Below, one piece after another: positions 38,001 through 48,848 of a DNA stretch of 64,000 nucleotides (its first letter is position 1; each line of letters begins with the position of its first letter). Position numbers and translations under genes: made by a program. The stretch is from Thalia democratica (lineage: Eukaryota), in assembly GCA_965202585.1 (NCBI GenBank), contig OZ241826.1, forward strand, positions 43,710,001-43,774,000. Direction: 5' to 3'. The notes below the pieces were generated by a model. It had not been told where the DNA came from. It was given only the letters and a program-made list of their open reading frames with translations, and did no database searches.

Positions 38001-39246
38001 CTCCTTCGTAAGGAAAACCTGTTTGAGGGTTCAGTTCGCATGGGCTTGTTTGCAAGTTTCCATTCGCGTCAGTTTCGATGTGCACGAAATCCCCTTTCAG
38101 TGCAGCTGGGCATCTAAAAATCAAATATTATTATTATCAAATATTTTAGCCCTGTAAAAAGTTTTGATTTTCTTACTTTATTTTCTATTTTTTATTGTTA
38201 AACCTAAGAGCTTTAAGTGTATTTGTAAACATAATACGATCTTGTAAAGGAACCAACTTGTTGGCTTCAATTTTTTCAGTGACGGAATCGAAGTAGAACT
38301 CAGGATACCCATCTCCACCTGTTTCGTCGAAAACCCCCCATCTCAGATGGGCCCATTCATGAACCATCACTTTACCTTGGGTGGATGATTTGTAAGAGTT
38401 TTAAGTACATGGAAAAAAGTTTTAATTTTCAATTAAAAACTTCTTAAAACTTAATTTTACACAAACAAAGATATCTAAACAATGTGTTTAATATACTCGA
38501 TACTTAATTTAATTTAGATTACGACAAATTAAAAACTACCTTTAGGTCCCCAACTTGCAACGTGGTCGTCATTGACAACGTAATCTGGGGTGAGGTGGAT
38601 GTATTCCCCGTGAACCTGGCAACCTCCGAACTGAAGGGTGTAGGGCTCGTCACCATGACCTGGGTGCTCATCGGCAACCAATACGTCCGCCTTTTAATTA
38701 ATGTAAAATTTATAAACACAAGTATCTACGTTTTAATCAGCATATTTAGAAAACCAATATGAAATCATGAAAGAATTTTTATAAAATATATATGAACTTA
38801 CTTTGTCGTAGGAATACAGTCCTGATTTATCGTACGATCCCGAAGTCCAAGAGGTCGGAACTAGGATGGTTATGTCTTTGAAGTACGCGTGTTCTTTCGT
38901 GGCTACGTACAGAGACTTTGATGCGTCACTCCAAATTTGCTGCGGGAAAAATTTAAGTGACGCTAAAATTTCATGTGTATGTTAACAATTATATTCAAGT
39001 AATCATAGTAAATTGTTAAAACGTTTAAAGGATATACAACATATTTTAGTTTTTTGCTAAGTTTAACTTTTTTTTTAAACCAACTTTAAGTGAATCAACT
39101 ATTTTTGTGTCCTCCGGAACGTTTGGGTTTATCGCAATGACGATCCCCTCGTAACCATTGTCAACTATTTGAACGTTGTCATAGTTACAAAATGCTTTGT
39201 TAAAGCAAAGCGATGCTAAAACAAGAAGGATGAAAATTTTCTTCAT
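32006..39246 (-). CDS. CLCA: CLCA-family secreted protein (signal peptide, HExxH metalloprotease, VWA, beta-sheet/FnIII region) with two C-terminal CBM14 chitin-binding domains, ~1050 aa. Exons: 39246-39085, 38939-38802, 38690-38540, 38375-38258, 38113-37927, 37599-37351, 37139-36891, 36797-36690, 36447-36271, 36151-35894, 35698-35537, 35468-35366, 35304-35225, 35076-34989, 34926-34809, 34680-34538, 34409-34223, 34006-33915, 33541-33449, 33341-33240, (33186-33175), 32263-32180, 32106-32006
   Basis: NGYEGIVIAINPNVPED, DEPYT, VHEWAHLRWGVFDE, MIDAS VLVVDTSDS..T..LTDG, DGVYSAYF, PPASVIDL, FTAPGDDYD, FAMRAVDE and six-Cys peritrophin-A patterns. Every intron is GT-AG and phase-consistent. Confidence 0.92.
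32374..32411 (-). ncRNA. Degenerate minimal type I hammerhead ribozyme motif
   Basis: Minus strand reads actcta CTGATGA gaattgct GAAA atatat t tagtgt. The C normally pairing with G10.1 is absent. Confidence 0.5.
32969..33006 (+). ncRNA. Minimal type I hammerhead ribozyme motif
   Basis: actcta CTGATGA gaattgctc GAAA tata TT cagtgt: catalytic cores, a 2-bp stem II, a palindromic ATATAT stem III and an imperfect stem I. Such minimal HHRs are typical of Penelope-like element repeats. Confidence 0.65.
33175..33186 (-). other. Candidate 12-nt micro-exon of the CLCA gene (phase 1-1)
   Basis: ctacacag|TTTCACGTTTAA|gtaagc is frame-preserving and stop-free, with a 53-nt upstream intron. Confidence 0.45.
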
Positions 39247-39289
39247 GATTTCAGTGTTTGTGTATGAAAAAGGCAGTTGGCTGTTAAAC

Positions 39290-39341
39290 AACTGAAATTA
39301 TGCTTACAAATGTTGACACCACTTTTTATATGAAGTTATCA
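39290..39341 (-). promoter_or_regulatory. CLCA core promoter: TATAAAA, Inr-like TCAGTT and an adjacent GATA site
   Basis: On the minus strand TATAAAA starts at 39330, TCAGTT is at 39295-39290 and TGATAA at 39341-39336. The same elements with the same spacing occur at 45254-45305. Confidence 0.5.
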
Positions 39342-40029
39342 TTATTTTATAAATGAAATAAACATAGTAGTTTTGCTAATCATAATTTAAATTTACACAG
39401 AGAGCCAGGTATCACAATTCTCACGGCTAAACCTATTTAATTTTATTGAGATCAAGTTTATTTCTATTTACAAAATGTACTCGAGTGTTTAATTGTTTGC
39501 TCAATAGCTATAAAGTTGACTTTAGTTTTGTCGTTAGTTAATCCAATTGCAAATACAAGTGGCTGAAAAAGTTTATTTAAAGAAGCTTGACATTTAGAGA
39601 TAAAACACTAGAGTGATAATGCTTATTTTCTTGAAAAATAAAACTGCAATAGTCTTGTGGCTTTTTGTGCAAAGTTTATTAGGCGAACTAGAATGTTTTT
39701 TATTCATTTAATTCACCAAAATTACGTCCAATTCATTTTGAAAAAAAAAAAATTCCATGTGACCTATTTTTTACTATGTCGAGGGTAAGTTTAAAATTTT
39801 TCGTAGATTCAATTAAAAAACTTTAATTTTTCCTCTTTATTTCAATTCTGAGAATATCCAGTCTAAGTTTCAAAATTTGGTTTAGAAGGCCGGGTTAACA
39901 TGATCACTTCCATTTAAATTTTGTAAACATTGGCAGGCCGTATGTTACTAACCTAGAGACTAAACATTGCATTTGTGAGATTTAGCTTTTTATTGCCTTA
40001 ACATTTTATTGCTTGATAACTAGTATCTA

Positions 40030-40450
40030 CTGCATCCAAAAACTAAGGTCTGGATGTTTTTTTTAAATTGTCACAGGTTTTTTAAAACTCTTCTAGGTTT
40101 TTAAAAGTATTATTTTTATTATTTTTAGTATAAACTTAAATTTAAGGTTAAAAACTGTCTAAAATAGTATAAAAATGTTGAAAAAATACTGAACTGCTAC
40201 TTCAAATGTGTTTTTCAATAAATAAAATTCTAAGTGATATAAAAAAAATTGTATATGATAGATTAGTAGTATCTAATTAAAATTAGTATAATTATTGCTC
40301 TATAGTAATTTTTTTTAAAGTTAAAGGTTATTTAAAAATTTCTGTTCAAAACTTCATATTTTTTCGAAATTATTTAAATTATAGGTTGTTTTTTGCTTAA
40401 TTATTAAGTTCCTTGCTTACTTAAGTTTAATGTCTTTTAGCAACCCTTTA
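40030..40450 (+). mobile_element. Decayed copy of the CAGGGTTGCCA-type MITE family
   Basis: Internal sequence is similar to 42528-42878 and it ends in gcaaccct. A homologous copy lies at about 48290-48660 and a partial copy at about 40755-40870. Confidence 0.4.
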
Positions 40451-42527
40451 AAAGTATAAAATTCAGCTGAAACCGGATCTTTCGTTAAAACTTTGACTGT
40501 GCCTAATCCGGATCTTTATTTTCAACTAAAGATACGACTGGATTAGGATTAAAATAAATCAAAATGTTAAGATAATCATACATATAATTTTTTGTTTATT
40601 TATTACCTATAATAGGGATTGGTAGCTTTTTTAGTCAACGGGTCAGATTTGCCAGAAATACTTTCAAGGACAGAGTAATTTTTTAAATCGAATAACATAT
40701 GAATTGATACGCTTGTAGAGTTTTACATAATACTTTTCAGTACTTAAGAAATTTTTAAAATACACGTTTTTGGGTCTATTTTTAGTTTAAAGTTAAGTTT
40801 AGGTTAAAAACTGTGTTAAACAGTAGAAAAAAAGCTACTTTGAATCTGAAGATACTGTAAAGCTACTTTAAAAAATTTTTCAGCGCAAAATTGTATAAAA
40901 CTAAACAATCATGTAGTAAAGCACTACTGTGTACGTTACACGAAAATTCTAATTCTTGAAAACATATTTTAATAGGCCACATCTCAAAAACTTATACAAA
41001 TTTGAATAAAAACACGTATATAGGTCTAAATAATACCTACAAACACATTTTGTTTTAGAAGAAACACATTTATTTAAAAACAACTTGAAAAATTACGATA
41101 CTTTAAAACTTATTTTAGCCACATATCTAAATATTTACAAAGAAAAAAAAAGTTTTTGTAGGTATTAATTAGACCTACATACACATTTTTTATAAAAATA
41201 ACTTTTTGAGTTGTGGCCTTTTTTTTAAGAGTGTAAATAGTCGTGCATCCGTACAGATAACTAAACTTGTAGTACATTTGTTGTAAAAAAAGGTCAGTTT
41301 TAGTGTTCTTGAACAAATGTTCTCAAAGAAAAGTGTCGCGCAGAAAAGGTTTATGTCTCCCTCGGTTCAAACTTTACCTATTTCTAACCTATAATTGTAT
41401 TCTAGCTAATAATTAAACGAAATAAGATGAGCTATATCTTCTTTACTGATATTTATTTAACAACTCTTGTCACAGAACAACATACGGCCTACAGGAAGAA
41501 TTTTAACAGTACAATTTGTACTATCCAGAGATATAAAAAAAGTGTTTGAATATAAATTTAGAATTTGATTTAAATTAAATTAAGATTTTGATTTTAAATG
41601 GTTGTAATACTGATAATTTTTAGTTAGAAAAAAATAAAAAATACTTTTTAATATAAGTTTACAAAAGTAAATCGGCTTTCGAAAGCCTATGTTTGACGAA
41701 ACCGGCCCGTTATGACAAAAGGCTGTCACATCGAATAAAGTTACTCAACACAAACATTAAAAAAGACTAGTTGGTTTAGATACTTAAAAAATGTTTACAA
41801 TTGTTACAATTTTGTTACAATTTGAAACAGAAAAGAATTAAAACAATATACTTTTTTATCATAAAAGAAAAAAAATCTATAAATCGAACAAAAAGCTTTA
41901 GTTTATCAAATTATGGAAAACACAAATTAATAAAGCGTAAAAAATTAGAAAATGAAAAATAAAGAGATTACAAATTTTTCTTTCGATTTCTCATAAAACG
42001 ATTTTGTAATTTTACAGCAAAAAGAAAATATCTATAAATGTTTGTTTGTATACAACAATTTGACAAAATAGCTAATGTTGTGGATTTTTTAATAATCTGG
42101 AAATTAATTGTGTATTTTCTGAGAAAGTTTTGTAAAAAATTTAGTGTGATTAATTTGTTAAATAGACGTTTAGTTTTCATTAAATTGTTGAGGCTTTTTT
42201 GAATAATTAGATCCGGATAGGTTTTAGTTAAAATCAGAGTTTGGACAGCAATTAAGCTAGATTTAGTAGATCTCAAATAATACATTTCTATATTAAACTT
42301 GAAAAAATGTAATTATCAGTATAAAAGAAATTATTTGTAATATTGGTTGCGACTTTTATTTAAAAAAAATAATGAAATTCTAGAAATATACAATGACTTT
42401 TTATTGATACGCTTTATAGCTTTACATTACATTTTTCAGTACTTAACAATTTAATCTTTGTAGATATACTTATAACAACGACAGATTAACAAGTAAAGAG
42501 TGTATTAGAACTTTTTTTTAGAAATAA

Positions 42528-42878
42528 CAGGATTGCCAAATGTTTTTGGCAAATTTTCTCCAGGTTTTTAAAAATACACGTTTTCGGGTCTATTTTTGGT
42601 TTAAAGTTAAGTTTGAGGTTAAAAACTAAGTTAAACAGTATTAAAACATTGAAAACATACTATAAAGCTATTAAATGTGTTTTTCAGTAATTTTTTTTTG
42701 ATGATGACAAAGTTTTTTTTATCTATATTATAGATTTTTTGTGACAAACCAAAATTTTTCTACTTTACATGTAAAAATTGTTTAAAGTTCCTTTTTTGTT
42801 AATTCTCAAATTCCGAGTTTTTTAGCCTAAATTGTCAAATTCCAGGTTTTTCAAGGATTACAGGTTTTTTGGCAATTC
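42528..42878 (+). mobile_element. hAT-like MITE with target-site duplication
   Basis: Imperfect TIR caggattgccaaa / tttggcaattc, flanked by the direct repeat AGAAATAA (42520-42527 and 42879-42886). Absent at the paralogous site near 50225. Confidence 0.7.
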
Positions 42879-43250
42879 AGAAATAACCATTCAGCTTAAA
42901 AATATAAAAAACATTAAAACTTGCTTAAATTATAACCATCCATGATTCTGACCAAATTAAATTTGTACAATAAATCATTTTAGTAGTTTTAAGGTTTTGT
43001 TTTTGTGGTAATCTTTGTATACATTGAAGTATTGTCCTTATACAAACGACTAAAATTTCGAAAACTAGAAGCTGAAATTAACTTTTTACTTAAAATAATT
43101 GAAAATAAAACAATGCAAAACCACGTAACATTAAATATCAAATATTAATTTTAAGTTTATGCTTAGCTCGCTTAGCATTTGATCAAAACAGAAATGTATA
43201 GTTAATTTTCACCTCAACACTAGTTAAGTTCATTAGTAAATAATATTAAA

Positions 43251-43611
43251 CGGAACGGGTCAAGTATGCACGAGGGTCACTTTTGCACGGAGGGTCACTT
43301 TTACAAGAAGGGTTATTTTTGCACGAGAGTTTACAAAAAATACAATAAAAAACATTATAAAAAATAATAAAAAAAGTTACTGGCCTAGGGTAAAGGTTAG
43401 GGGTAACAGTGGTAGTACAAATAATGATAAAGAAACTAACTAATAAAAATTATTATCAAAAAAAAGCAGTATAAATAAAAATAAACTATAAAAAAGAAAA
43501 GAAAATCAAAGTTATCGACCGGGGTAAGGGTTAGGGGAAACAGTAATAGAAAAATATAATACAAATGATAACTAAAAAAGATTACAATAATAATAAAATT
43601 AATCAAAAAAA
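43251..43611. mobile_element. Unclassified interspersed repeat at the duplication junction
   Basis: Tandem gcacg(g)agggtcactttt units at 43269-43330 and two internal ggtaa(a/g)ggttagggg(t/a)aacagt repeats. A related fragment lies at 626-665. Confidence 0.6.
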
Positions 43612-44729
43612 AAATCATATGTATAGTTTTCTCAATAGGATAGTAACAGAATTAATTGAAGAACAACTTAGTTTGTTTAAATTCTAATTTAAAGCTGTTT
43701 ATATCTTAAGAATTATAAATAAACTAAATAGTGTTTTAAAAACCAAAATTAGATTATATAATTTTTTGACGGGGTTACATTTATTTTAGCAAACTTAGAG
43801 TTACAAAAATAAAATCTCATGCTTTTTATATTGTGCTAGAATGTGTGCAGGAATTCATATTTACATCAAAAGCTTTTTTTACTTATATAAATTTTAAAAC
43901 TTTATTTTGTTAACTAAGTGTGTTTTATACTAAATGCAGCAACTAAAGTTATGAAAAACCCAATTAAATAAATGTATGGTTTTTGTTGTTGTTTGTTTGA
44001 TTAAAAATTATACTTTTAGACTACAAGGAGATTTTTTATACTTACTGTTTGCTCATTTTCTTAAAATAATTAAAAAAACTTTTTGTCTAAAAAAAAATCA
44101 TTGTTACTTTAGTTGTGTTTTGAACATATAAAAAGTAAATTACTTAGTGTTATTTAAGGTTCGATATTTAACTAAATTTTAACAACTTTTTAATGCTGAG
44201 TTTGAAAGTGTTACTACTTTTAAGCCTAAATATTTTTTCTTTTATCTTATTACGAAAAGTTTTAAAATTGTTTTCTTTACAGAAGTTATAAAACATTTAA
44301 ACTATTTTTCTTTAAACTTTTGTTAATAAATTTGTTAAACAAAAAAAGATTTGTTCGTTTATAATATTTGAAAATAAAATACTTAAGCCCACAATTACAA
44401 ACATGATTAAAGTTTTGATATATTTTATGTTTGTCTGTTAAATAGTGAAGTATTTAAAGTCAAGGTAAGAAAATTACTTTAATTATTTTTCAAACTAAAT
44501 AAACAAGTACTACAAAATATGTAGTATATATGAAAAAATAGTTTATGACAAACTTTTTATTCTATTTTGTAAATAAGACAACTTTCTAAGTTTTTGATGT
44601 AAAGGTCAATTTAACATCAAATGAACAGCATCTTACTTTTACTTTAAAATACAACATAACATATGATTTAGTAATTTTTTTTATTTTTAAAGATTGCGAT
44701 AAGGTAATGAAAAATTAGTTGAAGCTGAC

Positions 44730-45230
44730 TCATATTTGACAGGGGTTAGCCACATTTTCAGGGTAGTCACAAACACAATAGTCCGGGTTCCAAATAAATC
44801 CGTCAGCGCAAACAAACTCGTGGTGCTCAGTATCTTAAAAATTTAATCAAAATTAGTTGTTTAAATAAAACAAAAAACTTTTATATCAAATATTAAATTT
44901 ACCCCCTATGCATCGGTAAACTTTGCAAGTTGCTGGGTCTTGTACCATTTGTAAGTTCTTTCCTTCGCAAAGGCTTGATGATCTCACTGTAAAAATTTTA
45001 CTTTTAAAAGGAAAAACGAATTTTGTTCTTTTAAGGTATGCTTAACACAACTTTTTAAAATTGATTTGTATAAAAGCTTTAAAACGTTTAGTTTTATCAC
45101 AATGTTGTTTTAAACTAAAACAAATCTACTGTATTTGTTAGGTTTAACTTTAGTATTTAATACCAAGAGTAAGCTAACCAAGACTAAAGCAAAGCGATGC
45201 TAAAACAAAAAGGATGCAAATATTCTTCAT
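44730..45230 (-). CDS. Secreted single-CBM14 chitin-binding mini-protein, 79 aa: MKNICILFVLASLCFSLVRSSSLCEGKNLQMVQDPATCKVYRCIGDTEHHEFVCADGFIWNPDYCVCDYPENVANPCQI. Exons: 45230-45179, 44986-44903, 44833-44730
   Basis: 240-nt spliced ORF with donors GTTAGC and GTAAAT, acceptors ttttacag and ttttaag, and phases 1-1. It has a hydrophobic signal peptide homologous to CLCA exon 1, six domain Cys, and a retained TATA/Inr and AATAAA (44685-44680). Confidence 0.75.
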
Positions 45231-45253
45231 GCTTCCACTGTTTGTGTAAAAAC

Positions 45254-45305
45254 AACTGAAACTATCCTTACGAATATTAACACCAATTTTTATATGAAGT
45301 TATCA
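45254..45305 (-). promoter_or_regulatory. Duplicated CLCA-type core promoter driving the mini-gene
   Basis: TATAAAA starts at 45294, TCAGTT is at 45259-45254 and TGATAA at 45305-45300. Confidence 0.5.
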
Positions 45306-48300
45306 TTGTATGACTATCTTTATTTTGTAACAGGTATCACAATTCTCACGGGTAATACTTATTTTTTTGAGATTAAGTTCATTTCTATTTACAAAATGAA
45401 CTTCAAGTGTTTAATTGTTTGCTCATTAGCTATAAAGTTTACTTTAGTTTTGTAGTTAATCCAATAGCAAATACAACTCGCGAAATTTGCTGAAAAAGTT
45501 TGTTTAAAGAAACTTGACATTTAGATATAAAACACTAATGTGATAATGCTTGTTTACTAAAAAAATAAAACTGCAACAATTTTTGTGACTTTTCGTGCAA
45601 AGTGTAAACAATGTAAGGTAGGATATTACCATATAAAAGTTTGTATTTTATTTTATTTCAAAGTTTTTTTCAAAATATTTAAAAGTGTTCAAAAAAAACA
45701 GAAAATTTTAGTATTACTTGCTAAGCTACTTTGTTTGTGTTATTTCTAAAAATCATATAAATTTTTATACTTTTAAAGTTTAATTCACACAAATTTTGAT
45801 AATTATTTAAAACAATTCTATTTTGAAGCTTTAAGAACTTTAAAGTTGCATTTAATAACTTAGCTTTCAAGTTAGTTTCATGTTGTGTTAAGAATCTCGT
45901 ACTTAATAAAACAAATAATTTAGAAATAATAAAAATAAGACTAAACACGTAAAAAAAGTTCTTTAAAGGGTATACAAAGGCTTAAATGTATATTTTCAAA
46001 TTTAAACTAATATATTTAAGAAAAAAGTTACCTAAACTATAAAAAAAATGTAAACAGTTATTGTTATTTTTAATATCTGATAACCGGAGATAATGCTAAA
46101 AATTAAAAAAAACAAAACGGCTTATTATAGTTTCAAATTATATCATATGCATCAACTAGAAACTAAAAGGGTTATTATAAATTATTTTAATAAAAACTTT
46201 TAAAATAATTTTCATATGAAGTTATAAAAAAGGTTTTTCTTTAAAAAATTTTAGTTACAAAGTACAGGTTTCGTTAATTTAAAACGTATGCAGCACTTAA
46301 CTAGTACACATTTTGTATGTCTTCTTATAGTTCAAGTTGTTTTATTTTTTTAAAACTAATTTTAATAACGCAAACATTGCATGCCTTCATAAGTTATTTT
46401 TAAATAAGTCTTCATCTTATAGTAATAGAATACCAAAATAACATAACCTATGACACTTTCTGTACACCAGGTGCCTGATTTACAAGTAGAGTAAAACGAA
46501 AGTTAGTTTTTATTATTAAGTTCAAGATATATTAAAATAAAAAAAACTTTTAAAAGGTTCACGAAAATAAGCTATAAGTTAAAGTTTTGTTTTTTATAAA
46601 CTCTAAAAAACTTGATAAAGGTTGTTTAATTAGGTGTCCTTTTACAAAACGCTTTAGAAAAAAAGCTTTAACAAGCAAATTCAAAATAAAAAAACATAAA
46701 GATAAATACAAAATTTTAAACTATACTTAATTTTTTTTTTTCTAATTTGTTAGTTTTGAATTAATGAAAAGCTGTAATTAACAAATTTCGCATTTTTTAA
46801 AACCTAAAAAGTATAATAAATCGTTTCAAACTATCTTACAACAGAACTTAATACATGTGATCACAAAAATAAACAATGATTAAAAAAAAACTATTTAATC
46901 ATCAAATTCTTACCAAAATATATATCAAAAAATATTTTTTTTGTCAACTAACAAGAAAATATTAATCAGTACTAAAAATTTTGTGCTATTTAATTTTTTG
47001 AAATACAATTGTTAATCTTCAACTACTTATGTAACCTTAATCTAGTTTAAATATGTTATGGTACGATTAAAATCATAATTTTTTTTGCTTTATAATGTAA
47101 ACTAAATCTTTTTATTTGTAGTTATTTGCCAGTCAAAGTAGTACTATATCAAATAAATTGAAAAACTGCTTTAGAAACATTTTTGTACAGTCTCTTTCTT
47201 TTTTCAGCAAACAAAAAATCTCCATTAAGATTTTTTGGTGTAAGTAAACCATTAGTAAAAAAAAATTTTAAATGCTTATAAAATACTTACTTTTCAAAGG
47301 CCAGTAATACACAAAAGATTTAGTAGACTTCCACAAAGTTAAAAGTTTTATCATTTAGGCTGTGGAACTTCTTGATAACATAAATAAACTCTTTTAAACC
47401 CTTATAAAATAAAAGTTTAATTAGTAAATCTGTAGTTAGATTTTACTACCATATCAATGTAGGTTCAAGTTGTAGAGATTTTTATTTTAAAACAAAACAT
47501 GAACACTTTAACTTTGAACAGAAGCATTGAAACATGAACACTGGAAACTTTTATCAGAAGTTTTTAACACAAAAAAGAAATTAATTCTCAAATATAAGTC
47601 AAAGGACCTGGTGTAGAGAAAGGTTTTGTATTAAAAGCTTTCAAAGGACCTTCAAAAGTGTTTGCAGAGATACGATTTAAAAAACGTTGTTTAAACTTAG
47701 GTTTAGTATATTTTTGTTAGTAGAATTGGATCGCTAGACCAGGGAATCTGCTTAGAAGAGGGAAAATTCTATCTCAGTTATCTGTTTCCTCGAAAGGTTC
47801 AAAATAAGTTTAGAAAAAACATTATTTTAAACTAGAGATGGAAAACGTTTTTAGACCGACTGGCTAGACGTGGAGGAATTTAATCCTTGGAGATTTTACT
47901 TAATTCACGAAAATTACTCAATTGTCCACTACATTTTGACGATTACTAATTTTATGCGACCTTTTTTTTTATTATATCTAGTATAAGATTTTAATCTTCC
48001 GTAAATTTTATTTGAGAATTTTTATTTGTTTACTTCATTTCAACTTCCAAAATTTCTAGTATAAGCTTCAAAATTTAGCCTAGAAGATCGGATTACAATA
48101 CTTGCGGACTGCAGTTTTACTTTTCGCGACCCGTACGTTGCCCACCGCTATTATAAACATTGTTATAGTAGCGCATTTAGTCAATTTTAGCTTTTTATAC
48201 TATAAATACTTTAGTGCATGATAAATAGTAGTATCATAACCAGTAGTATAACTAGTAACTAAGTAGTACCTATCGCATACAAAAACTAAGATTTGAAAAT

Positions 48301-48771
48301 TTTCCTGGCTTGCCAAAACTTTTTGCATTGTTTTTTCAAGATTTTTCGAGTCTCTTCAAGGTTTTGGAAACTACAAGCTTTTAATCCAATTTTAGTATTT
48401 AAATAAATTAAAAAAATATGTCCTAAATAGTATTAAAGTTGTGAAATGATACTTAAATGTGTTTCTTGATAATTAAAGATCTAAAGAAAAAATATATATA
48501 CTAATAGACTTTTCGTATCTTATCAAAATTTATTAATTTTCAGTAAAAAGTGTTTAATGTTCCAGATTTTTTAGTGATTTTGTTCAAAATTTATTGTTGT
48601 TTTCAAAACTTCAGTACTTTTTTTTAAACTATTAATTTCCAGGTTTTTTGGAAACGCGGTTATTATAAACCAGATTCAGCTGGAACTAGATCTTTCGTTC
48701 AAATTTTGGATCTGCCGATTCCGGATATTTCGTCAACTCAAGATCCAAATTAAAAAAATTTAAATTTTTAG

Positions 48772-48848
48772 TTAATATAAACATTTTTATTATCTTTAAT
48801 AGAAATAGAAACTTTAATATAAACATTTTTATTATCTTTAATAGAAAT
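48772..48848 (+). repeat. Short tandem duplication, 42-bp period
   Basis: ttaatataaacatttttattatctttaatagaaatag occurs at 48772 and again at 48814. Confidence 0.9.

Larger units (their letters stand above)
30900..43250 (-). repeat. Segmental duplication, copy 1 (complete CLCA locus plus flanks)
   Basis: Co-linear similarity to 43612-50590: 30900-33175 matches 43612-45178, 39205-39670 matches 45185-45600, and 39700-43250 matches 47890-50590. Confidence 0.9.

Noticed and set aside
41674-41720. Hammerhead-like appearance (GGCTTTCGAAAGCC hairpin, TTGACGA, aac-loop-gtt)
   Set aside because: There is no CUGANGA followed by stem II and GAAA in the right order, and the hairpin is not conserved in the paralog.
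47598-47810. Coding-looking stretches (VKGPGVEKGFVLKAFKGPSKVFAEIRFKKRCLNLG and others)
   Set aside because: Short, stop-bounded and unrecognised. They may be decayed TE sequence but cannot be supported without a search.
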